From NCBI GenBank assembly GCA_024276825.1, contig JAJRWI010000010.1:1-64000 (forward strand): a stretch of 64,000 nucleotides of DNA, in the 5' to 3' direction. The stretch's first letter is position 1, and each line of letters begins with the position of its first letter. Shown here piece after piece: positions 19,501 through 26,783 of the stretch. The stretch is from an archaeon (GTDB lineage: Archaea; Asgardarchaeota; Thorarchaeia; Thorarchaeales; Thorarchaeaceae). The position numbers and the translations under genes were made by a program. The notes under the pieces are model-generated. The model had not been told where the DNA came from. It did no database searches and saw nothing but the letters and a program-made list of their open reading frames with translations.

Positions 19501-20358
19501 GACCCAGAACTGCATTGGTAAGGGACTCTGAATATTTGGAGAGTACCGCTTGTGGTACATGCGAGCATAAACGGAATAGTCCACAACAACACCATTAGGG
19601 TCAAAGAGCCGATGAACAAGAACATCAGAGCTTGTCCAGTTGAATGAACCCACAAGCCATCCATCAGATGCTGTGGTAGAGAAGCGGATTGACAATGGAC
19701 TACTGCTCTGAACAGTTGCTGATGGCTGAATTAGCCTGACCTCTTCATTCACAAACTGATAACTATAAGACCCCTCACTGACTGTGGGCTCATTAAAGGA
19801 GTCCTTTGCCAGTGCGAGCACTACAATATCAGAACTGGCCCATTCTGAAACAGCGAGTCTAGCAGCAATATCATATGATGTATCGCCAGTTATGCGTGGA
19901 AATATTGTTGTGCCAATTTCATGTTGTAGATGGATGAGCTCCGATGAGTCATAATTGCCAACGCTGATTGCTTGGGTGATACCCCCATCATCCGAAAGAT
20001 ACTCAGCCCAGTCCTCAATCAGCCAGTCTTCACTCATGAGCCCAGAAGAGTAGAGAATTGGAGAAAGATACTGATTGTTATCATGATAAAAGACACTTGT
20101 TGGAACCGTGGCCATGTATGCAAAATCATCAATGAAAGAGCCTGGGACTGATTCAACAAAAGCAATTCGTGAGAGGGGAATGGGGTCCACACCATTTTGA
20201 GCAATGTAGGAGTTATCGATCAGAGGGGGAGCCTGGCTGGTTGAACTGATTATATGAGTCATGAATAGGAAGGAATAGGGCAGTAATAGGATGGTCATGA
20301 TTGATGCGGTGGTCAGGATCTGGATGCATTTCTTCATGGGGTTCACTCCATATGACAA
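16534..20358 (-). CDS. Large membrane-anchored surface protein with C25 (gingipain-like) peptidase domain, PPC-like and CWB2-like segments
   Basis: N-terminal hydrophobic signal; C-terminal TM followed by KRRR; STHG...TAC...LYGDP pattern of C25; RITGDTSYDIAARLA and ASLLNSPLLYV resemble cell-wall-binding repeat 2. Confidence 0.6.
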   Translation of the reverse strand: MSYGVNPMKKCIQILTTASIMTILLLPYSFLFMTHIISSTSQAPPLIDNSYIAQNGVDPIPLSRIAFVESVPGSFIDDFAYMATVPTSVFYHDNNQYLSPILYSSGLMSEDWLIEDWAEYLSDDGGITQAISVGNYDSSELIHLQHEIGTTIFPRITGDTSYDIAARLAVSEWASSDIVVLALAKDSFNEPTVSEGSYSYQFVNEEVRLIQPSATVQSSSPLSIRFSTTASDGWLVGSFNWTSSDVLVHRLFDPNGVVVDYSVYARMYHKRYSPNIQSPLPMQFWVPNVVPGEWNMVVYPTPPLLADIPLDCKVWLHPGFRHNIEVPSNANWLNLSLSWDNAATDINMALVDPTGRMVAWAPTGSTLSQLGGETINFPNPMAGEWTVVVAWMDATTEQNNVDLKWKISTIDPDIQGYMESAANGAVIASLLNSPLLYVSEDSVPEVTQWALDRLGASNIIFVDPMNLHSPSLETSLSTYPIFVNLSNYPAVSAFIKSLSSENDVIITIPMGNGDEFFAPSALAGAFHGAPVFSLCGNNNEMTTRAEETWAPYLIGPEIEVYLVDKFTSRAENGWYDERIPNTFSMTKASSDFDAFLEDRGAYNESVPQSVLIVSPDVPLKVSFDRSLISHYRPGRIPAKNPSSASVMIDRAILHRFLSLTANSADSALLTQYAYTYGYPVADNLNNVHTLYQVDDLATAVESMGLNIESHIGVNEVFESLNNQVSLWLISTHGTLTVLPTDPPKRPDGLGIFSLRDQDAAYGFETTDKRDADGNYLVNPYIYPEERAHHVLTTTDDFMANVGKMGSTIVHITACLLGGSKFPLAMMERGAVGVVASPRTVYFTPAGLLEVVFTDSLVAGNSTGESLRLGLRLTSIDYTNPWPYDPRDYANQHVLYGDPEIHLYNPSTTPHIDAVDPLTSAFGTHTPGNGVPEIAAVGFSNLLPTILSGIGAEFEFFSDSNFSQFVSLLCARKNVIVEPGMSSALINDFLMASDDIQKYITYGGVMVIFGVPSNMSWLPWPLTVSSGSGNSVTFVDPLHPILTTPNTLSSSVAFQGYFSSLWENFTVLAADGSNPVFVTSTIGSGKIALSTINPGSDAINEYLQNAVAWVEQPSIILKSVLLSEVIIWEGDRVTITMELSDLIGNPITEASVSAWLNETEFTVEETSQGVFTVLLPESWTNGHVGVYSLRIHAQKASYDTLTIVLIDFLRIKSSPILIILIVGGIFVTSIVAYAFLKRRRGESIISRGGRAVSAAELQRRRKQDEEIDLREVFED

Positions 20359-20443
20359 AGTCTATCGTGCAGATTTGTAAATAGCATTTTGGCGTATTAA
20401 CTATAATTGGTGAATACGACCGACGCTTCAGTTAAGATGTTGC

Positions 20444-21313
20444 TCATTCAAGATCGAGAAAGTCTTCATCAAAGTCGCCATCGTCCGCCTCTTCAATCTC
20501 GGGAAGAGCATCAAGCAGGTCATCAATGAGGGGACGCAATCGTCTACGTGTACTCTTGGGAATATCCCACATCATCTGTTCTGCTCTCTCTACTACTTCG
20601 CGGGCAATCTCAAGAATCTCAGCATCCAGGTAATATTGAGAGGCTTCAACAAAGCATTCAGCAGCCTTTTTCAGGTTTCCTCGATTCTCAGCAATCTCTC
20701 CGAGATATGAGAGGGCGTCGGCCATGCCTGCCTTGTCGTCTAATTCGCGATATATCTTGAGGGCTTTCTTGAAAGTCTTCTCCGCATTCTCAAAATCTTC
20801 ACGTTCTTGATACGCGTTGCCTATATCCATCAGTGCGACTGCCACTCCCATCTGGTTGCCAATTGCCTTATAGGCCCTCTGTGCCTTCTTGAAGAGTTCC
20901 ATGGCACCGTCAAAATCACCCTGACCCAAGGTTGCCAGTGCAATTCCATAAACTGCATCCGCTGACCCTGCCTTGTTGCCAAGTTTCTGGAACAAGTCCA
21001 TAGCAGCCTTGCATGACTCAATGGCAGCATCCCATTGTTCAAGATTAATCTGAGCCACACCAAGATTGTATAATGTGTCGCTGATGCCAACCTCATCTTT
21101 GTTCTTCTTGTATAGTTTCAATGCCTTTTCAAAACAGGTGAGGGCTTCTTCAAACTCGGCAACTGACATATAGATATTGCCAGCAGAATTGTAGAGTTTT
21201 GCAGCCTCCAGATCTTCACCATTCGACTCGGCAGCAGTGGCCTGTTCAATCAGGCTTGCTGGGTCTGTATCTTCGATGTATTCTTCCTCACTCAATGGGG
21301 TCACCAACGGCAT
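20444..21313 (-). CDS. Tetratricopeptide repeat protein with acidic termini
   Basis: Five to six ~40-aa TPR-like repeats (A..L.N.G..Y......A...F.KAL). Confidence 0.85.
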   Translation of the reverse strand: MPLVTPLSEEEYIEDTDPASLIEQATAAESNGEDLEAAKLYNSAGNIYMSVAEFEEALTCFEKALKLYKKNKDEVGISDTLYNLGVAQINLEQWDAAIESCKAAMDLFQKLGNKAGSADAVYGIALATLGQGDFDGAMELFKKAQRAYKAIGNQMGVAVALMDIGNAYQEREDFENAEKTFKKALKIYRELDDKAGMADALSYLGEIAENRGNLKKAAECFVEASQYYLDAEILEIAREVVERAEQMMWDIPKSTRRRLRPLIDDLLDALPEIEEADDGDFDEDFLDLE

Positions 21314-21357
21314 TATAAAATCGTAATAAGTATGCTTTTGATTCTTTCTCCATGACG

Positions 21358-22059
21358 CTATTTCTTAAGAATGAGTACAGGATTCTCTAAAAATTGTCGA
21401 ACATTGTCTTGAACAACAAATCGCTTGTCGCCCACATCAACTTCAAGCAGTTTTCGTAGTTCGAACTTTCTCAAGTATCCAACTGCAACCTGTTTGGAGA
21501 TATTCAGGTCTTTGGTGAGGAGTTCAAGGCCATTTGGTTTTCCGCTGTGTTCAGCGAATTTTTGGAAGACAGAACTCCATTGCATCATTATCAGATAGAG
21601 TAGAGTACGAAGCATACTATCAACATTCTGCCCTGTTTCACCGGAGCATGGTATCATTGGCAATCCAGCAACAAAGCTCATGCTTTTTTGCAGTTCTTCT
21701 ACTGGGCGGGCAGATCCTATATCTTGTTTATTTGCAGCCACGACACAGGGCACACCAGGCAGAAAGAAGGGGACTTCTCTAAAGAACAATTTTGCTCTGG
21801 CATCAGATTCTGGATCGCTCGAGTCAACGACAAATATGAGACCGTCGGCCCCCTCACTCAGGATTTTTCGCATAGTCGTGAAACGCAGCAAGCCGGGGGT
21901 TCCGAACAGGAACACATTCATTCCATTAATGTTAGCAACTCCATGGTCCATAGCAATAGTAGTTCCATTCACTTCAACATTGATGCAATTGCCATTAGTA
22001 ATGTTATGAATTATAGTGCTCTTACCAGATTCAAAGGGGCCCGTAACAACTATCTTCAT
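21358..22059 (-). CDS. Small GTPase (ATP_bind_1/MglA-related) with C-terminal winged-helix-like domain
   Basis: GPFESGKST, TTIAMDHG, FGTPG, NKQD, CSG motifs. Confidence 0.85.
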   Translation of the reverse strand: MKIVVTGPFESGKSTIIHNITNGNCINVEVNGTTIAMDHGVANINGMNVFLFGTPGLLRFTTMRKILSEGADGLIFVVDSSDPESDARAKLFFREVPFFLPGVPCVVAANKQDIGSARPVEELQKSMSFVAGLPMIPCSGETGQNVDSMLRTLLYLIMMQWSSVFQKFAEHSGKPNGLELLTKDLNISKQVAVGYLRKFELRKLLEVDVGDKRFVVQDNVRQFLENPVLILKK

Positions 22060-22238
22060 TCAACACACCTGTCCCTATATCATGAACTGCTGCTCTCATA
22101 ACAGCAATAAGAGGTTAAAAGATATTCTTATGACATGTTAACTTGTGCATTGTCATTCATGTTTGGCGGAAATTAGTGATTAGCCATTTAAAAATAGGTC
22201 CAAATGACACATGAAAAATGAAATATTGTCGATTTGAG

Positions 22239-22318
22239 AGAGACCGGCTGCTTGCGGCAGCAATCCTCAATCCTCCGTCCACAGGGGTTTAGGAAGATAT
22301 CACGGGAATTCGGTCTCT
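22239..22318 (-). promoter_or_regulatory. Eukaryote-like SECIS element overlapping the selD 3' end
   Basis: G-UGAU AUCUUCC U AAA CCCCUGUGG AC GGAGGAU UGAG: RUGA/GA core, 7-bp helix II, apical AAA; closed by AAUU/GAUU and AGAGACCG/CGGUCUCU. Confidence 0.7.
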
Positions 22319-23346
22319 AGAATGATGACACCTTCTGCAAGCCGTGCATTTGGCTCGTCAGAGGGTCGGATGACTTTGCCAACTGTCCAGCATGGCAGAT
22401 CCTTGCTCTTGAGAAAATCCTTGAATGGTTCAACATGCTCAGGCTTAAGAAATACAAGCATGCCACCCGCTGTTTCCGCGCCATAGCCTTGAGTGAGTTT
22501 GTGACCAAAGAACTCAGCAAGCTGGGCAGTCCCGGATATTATGGGAAGGGTGTCGATTATCACATCAACCCCACTGAGAGCAGCAACATTACTGGCATGC
22601 CCCAGTATTCCAAACCCTGTCACATCGGTGGCCGCATGAACACCTACCGATCTCATTGCCTGAGCAACCTCTAGATTGCTGGTAGTCATTATTTTTACAG
22701 CAGTGTCGTGCATCCGACGAAGCTCTGTTTCGTTGAACCTCTCAAGAAGGGCTTCACGCTTATCATTCTGCAGGTCCCTGTAAGACCGCATAGCGGGCTG
22801 AATTCCGAGTGGCTTTGTGAGTAGAACAACATCTCCGACCCGTGCACCTTTAGAGTATATGATCTCAGACGGGTGGGCCATTCCAAGACAAACACCGCCA
22901 AAGACTGGAACGGGGTTCGTGATTGTCTGGCCACCTGTCACTCTAGATTTGAGGGACTCCATGAATGCACACATTCCCCTAAGAACCCCAGCAGGAATAT
23001 CCTCGGGAATGTTTCGCGGATAGGCCAGAAGAGCCTGCAGCGAGAGAATCTCTGTTGCTCCCATTGCAAACACGTCGTTTGTTGCATTACACGCTACTAT
23101 CTGACCCTGAATATAGGGGTCGTCATGAATCGGGGTGAAGACATCGATGTTCTCTACGATAGCCACATTGTCATTGATCTGATGCACTGAGGCATCATCA
23201 CCATATTCATCATGGCACACCAGATCGATTGGGATAAGGCCCGAGGCATGAAGGAGTCTGACAAGGTCTGCCTGCTTGACCTTGCAACTTCATCCATGGG
23301 TTTTGACCATTGCAGTCAGGCGAATGTCTTTCAACTCTGTGGTCAT
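22300..23346 (-). CDS. selD: Selenide, water dikinase (selenophosphate synthetase), selenoprotein with Sec19
   Basis: ATG 23346 preceded by GGAGGT; MTTELKDIRLTAMVKTHG-UGA-SCK in frame with GDDA, DVFTP, DVFAMG, TDVTGFGILGH, ETAGG; UGA at 23290-23292. Confidence 0.93.
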
Positions 23347-23476
23347 ACCTCCTTTTGCTTTCAGGACGATCTGTCCAATAGAATCAAAGTCGGTTGGCAA
23401 ATAAAGATACTGCGAACCACTTCACAAGCCTTAAAGCATTTTAGACCAACCATATCGTTAACTGGAGAGAAAGAAT

Positions 23477-24922
23477 ATGAAGATTGAGAGAATAGCTGAT
23501 GGCATCCATGAGATTGCTCAAAAAGAGCAGTCTTGTATGAGAGTTCCTGTTCGTATCTACGCCTCTAAGGTGTTGATTGACAAGATGAGACAAGATGCAA
23601 CATTTCAACAGGGTGTCAATGCAGCATGTCTCCCCGGCATTTACAAGTACAGCATAATATTACCTGATGGACATCAGGGCTATGGGTTTCCAATCGGTGG
23701 AGTAGCAGCCACGGATTATGAGAATGGTGTTATCTCACCGGGCGGTGTTGGTTATGACATTAATTGTGGAGTTCGAGTCTTAAAGACCAATCTTGATGAG
23801 AAGGATGTCAGACCGAAGTTGAGGGACCTGATTGAGCAACTGTTCATTGATGTGCCCACAGGCGTTGGTAGAAGCGGAAAGATCCAGCTTGGGGGAAAGA
23901 GCGGAGTTGATGATGTTCTTAGTGGTGGAGCAGAGTGGGCGGTTGAAAATGGTTATGGATGGGAGGAAGACCTAAAGCATCAAGAGGCTGGAGGAAGGAT
24001 TGAGTTTGCTGATCCTTCAGCCGTATCATCGCAGGCCAAGTCAAGAGGATTAAGGCAGGTTGGAACACTTGGGTCCGGCAATCATTTTCTTGAGATTCAG
24101 GTTGTGGATGAGATTTATGATGAGGCTGCTGCAAAAGTCATGGGAATCACCCATTCGGGACAGATAGCTATCATGATTCATAGTGGTTCACGTGGTCTTG
24201 GTCATCAGGTCTGCAGTGATTATATCAAGACCATGACTCAAGCCATGAGGAAATACAACATTCAGGTGCCGGACAGAGAGCTCTGTTGCGCTCCCACAAC
24301 CTCTCCTGAGGGACAAGCATACCTTGGAGCAATGAGCGCAGCTGCCAACTATGCCTTCGCAAACAGACAATCAATGATGCACTGGGCCAGAGAGGCCTTT
24401 GCAAAAGTGATGGGGTCAACTCCAGAAGATCTTGAGATGGACTTGATCTATGATGTTGCACATAATATGGGCAAGGTTGAAGAACATGACATTGATGGAA
24501 AGCAGGTGAAAGTGGTCGTTCACCGAAAGGGTGCAACCCGAGCATTTCCAAAAGGGCATCCAGAGGTGCCTGCAAAGTATCAGAGTATTGGACAACCTGT
24601 GATAATCCCTGGAACAATGGGAACCGCATCATACATTCTAATTGGAAATCAGAAGGCAATGAACCTCACCTTTGGATCGACTGCTCATGGCGCGGGTAGA
24701 TTTCTAAGCAGGAGCAAGGCAAAGAAGAAGTACTACGGGAAGGAAGTCCAGGCATCTCTTGCTAAGAGAGGAATCATTGTCAAGGCAACAAAGGGCATGG
24801 TGATTGCAGAGGAGGCCCCTGGAGCCTACAAGGATGTTGATGAAGTGGTCAGGGTTTCGGATTCTGTAGGAATAGCCACGAAGGCCGTCAGGCTAAGACC
24901 TATTGGTGTGATTAAGGGATAA
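23477..24922 (+). CDS. rtcB: RNA-splicing ligase RtcB
   Basis: PDGHQGYGFPIGG, VGYDINCG, GSGNHF, HSGSRG, HN, HRKGAT, HGAGR, EEAPGAYK. Confidence 0.97.
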   Translation: MKIERIADGIHEIAQKEQSCMRVPVRIYASKVLIDKMRQDATFQQGVNAACLPGIYKYSIILPDGHQGYGFPIGGVAATDYENGVISPGGVGYDINCGVRVLKTNLDEKDVRPKLRDLIEQLFIDVPTGVGRSGKIQLGGKSGVDDVLSGGAEWAVENGYGWEEDLKHQEAGGRIEFADPSAVSSQAKSRGLRQVGTLGSGNHFLEIQVVDEIYDEAAAKVMGITHSGQIAIMIHSGSRGLGHQVCSDYIKTMTQAMRKYNIQVPDRELCCAPTTSPEGQAYLGAMSAAANYAFANRQSMMHWAREAFAKVMGSTPEDLEMDLIYDVAHNMGKVEEHDIDGKQVKVVVHRKGATRAFPKGHPEVPAKYQSIGQPVIIPGTMGTASYILIGNQKAMNLTFGSTAHGAGRFLSRSKAKKKYYGKEVQASLAKRGIIVKATKGMVIAEEAPGAYKDVDEVVRVSDSVGIATKAVRLRPIGVIKG

Positions 24923-25840
24923 AGGCACTGGCCCTTCATTCTTAGATACATCCTTCAATACAATCGCAATTCCCATTAGAATGACACCAAATCCAGTAAG
25001 AGTGAGAAAACTGGGAATCTGATCAAAGAATATCATTGCGAGTATGGTTGCCCCGATGGGTTCGCCCAAGACTGCAGAAGATACCACATAGGCAGGTACA
25101 AGTTTCAAGAGATAATTCAATACTGAGTGTCCGAGGACCGTGGGAAACATCCCCAGGGCCATGAATATTACAATCTCACGGGGGTCTGTCACAAAAACGT
25201 CATAACCGAGTACAATGCAAAGTATTAGGGTTGCAAGTGAGGCAATTGAGTACACAATAGTGGTATAGACTGTGATGGGAATGCCATGTGTGAATCGTCG
25301 ACCACCAATGTGGTATAGGGAGAGAAACACCGCACCTGAAAGGGCAAGGAGGTCACCAGTGAGGGCACCAAAGCCCTGTTCGAAGAGGTCTGTCCATGCC
25401 AGCAGAATTGCACCTGATACAGTCATTAGTACACCTCCCCAAGACCGCTTGCTGAGGGTTTCTTTCAATAGGATCGTTGAGAAGATTGCAGTAAAAATGG
25501 GAGCAGTGTCAACTAATACTACGCTGGCCGCAACAGTTGTCAGTTCAAGAGAGGGAAACCATGTTGAAAAGTGCAGGCAGAGTGCGATGCCAATCAGAAT
25601 GAACCAGCGTTTGTTCTTTGTCACAATGGGGTCTCTCATGGCCCCGAGATCTCCTTTGGCAAGGCCTATCATTGCCATGAATAGAGCACCATAAAAAGTG
25701 CGCCAGAATACAATAACTAGTGAAGGAGAGTCTGATGCAATAATCAGGATGCTCCCACTAGACACCATCAGTATCGAAAGAAACAGGAGAGAGACTATCT
25801 GCAGATTCAGTATTCGTTCTGCCCTTGGTGTGGCGGACAT
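24893..25840 (-). CDS. DMT/EamA family transporter
   Basis: About 10 TM helices in two EamA repeats; LGHS..NY, EPIGA motifs. Confidence 0.85.
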   Translation of the reverse strand: MSATPRAERILNLQIVSLLFLSILMVSSGSILIIASDSPSLVIVFWRTFYGALFMAMIGLAKGDLGAMRDPIVTKNKRWFILIGIALCLHFSTWFPSLELTTVAASVVLVDTAPIFTAIFSTILLKETLSKRSWGGVLMTVSGAILLAWTDLFEQGFGALTGDLLALSGAVFLSLYHIGGRRFTHGIPITVYTTIVYSIASLATLILCIVLGYDVFVTDPREIVIFMALGMFPTVLGHSVLNYLLKLVPAYVVSSAVLGEPIGATILAMIFFDQIPSFLTLTGFGVILMGIAIVLKDVSKNEGPVPLSLNHTNRS

Positions 25841-25849
25841 AAATTACCC

Positions 25850-26335
25850 TCATGAAACCTTGTTTCCACACTTGATACATCGTTGATCTTTGCCAGTCTT
25901 CTCCAAAACACCCGATTCGCACCTATTGCAATGGCCCAGAGTCAGCGATTGTATGTCGAGGTCAGTTATGAATCTGATAACATCATCAATGGATGAGTAA
26001 GTGATTAGAGCCTTTCCTGGAGCCCCTTGAACCATTCTTGAGAGATGTCCTGATCCTTCCTTATAGAACATGATTATGGGCCTACCCAGTTCGATTGCCA
26101 GCATTAGTTCCATGCCAACACCAAGAGAGGGGTTGGAAACCTCAGCTATTAGCACCTTGCATTCCTTGACATGCTTCACATCCCGTTCATATATCTCCTT
26201 AGCAGAGACCTTGGGCAAGAACTGAGGCGCAAATACTGAGATATTGGCCCTTTCTAGAGTGTCAACAATTGCATGATAGAAATCATCCATTCTAAACTGG
26301 GAGCGAATTATGGGACCAGAGAGATATACTATCAT
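25850..26335 (-). CDS. Nucleoside 2-deoxyribosyltransferase/DNPH1(Rcl)-like N-glycosidase with C-terminal Zn ribbon
   Basis: VYLSGPI, IYERD, AEVSNPSLGVGMEL, LSRMV; terminal CxxC...CxxC. Confidence 0.8.
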   Translation of the reverse strand: MIVYLSGPIIRSQFRMDDFYHAIVDTLERANISVFAPQFLPKVSAKEIYERDVKHVKECKVLIAEVSNPSLGVGMELMLAIELGRPIIMFYKEGSGHLSRMVQGAPGKALITYSSIDDVIRFITDLDIQSLTLGHCNRCESGVLEKTGKDQRCIKCGNKVS

Positions 26336-26360
26336 AGTTGTACACCATGCTCATTAAAAT

Positions 26361-26720
26361 TCATGCACTCATATCACCAGAACCATGCTTAGTGATGAGA
26401 TCCTTCAATGGTGGTATTGATTCATCGTCCGAAATAACCTCATATTTGCCATTTCGACCAAGAGTTAATTGCGTTTTGCCTCGCCAGTCCTTCCCCCAGC
26501 CATTTATGATTTTGATGACTTTACCAGAAACCAAGTCCTCACCCGCCCCAAAGCCCCAAAGTGAGAGAACTATTGTGCCAGATTCATCACCCAATAGCAC
26601 TTCTTTCAGCTGAGTGCGTCTGCCACTCTTAGTGACTATCATTCGTGGAGGGCCAACAGAGATGACTCTAGCCACAAGTTCAGGCACTGCAGCTTCATTC
26701 TTTATCTCATCTATTTTCAA
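26361..26720 (-). CDS. OB-fold single-stranded DNA-binding protein (crenarchaeal SSB/RPA-like)
   Basis: R.I.TK.G, LGDESGTIVLSLWG, GKVIKIING, QLTLG motifs. Confidence 0.8.
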   Translation of the reverse strand: MKIDEIKNEAAVPELVARVISVGPPRMIVTKSGRRTQLKEVLLGDESGTIVLSLWGFGAGEDLVSGKVIKIINGWGKDWRGKTQLTLGRNGKYEVISDDESIPPLKDLITKHGSGDMSA

Positions 26721-26783
26721 GTATAGGACCCCTTAGAGAAAAAGACAATGAAGACCTAAATGAAACTTCCGCAAAGGGCTGAA

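Noticed and set aside
22267-22302. Read-through of the selD terminal UGA as a second Sec
   Set aside because: It would add only 10 residues before another UGA, and the SelD fold is already complete; the sequence is better explained as SECIS.
23212-23487. 91-aa plus-strand ORF between selD and rtcB
   Set aside because: Antisense to the true selD N-terminus and the divergent promoter region.
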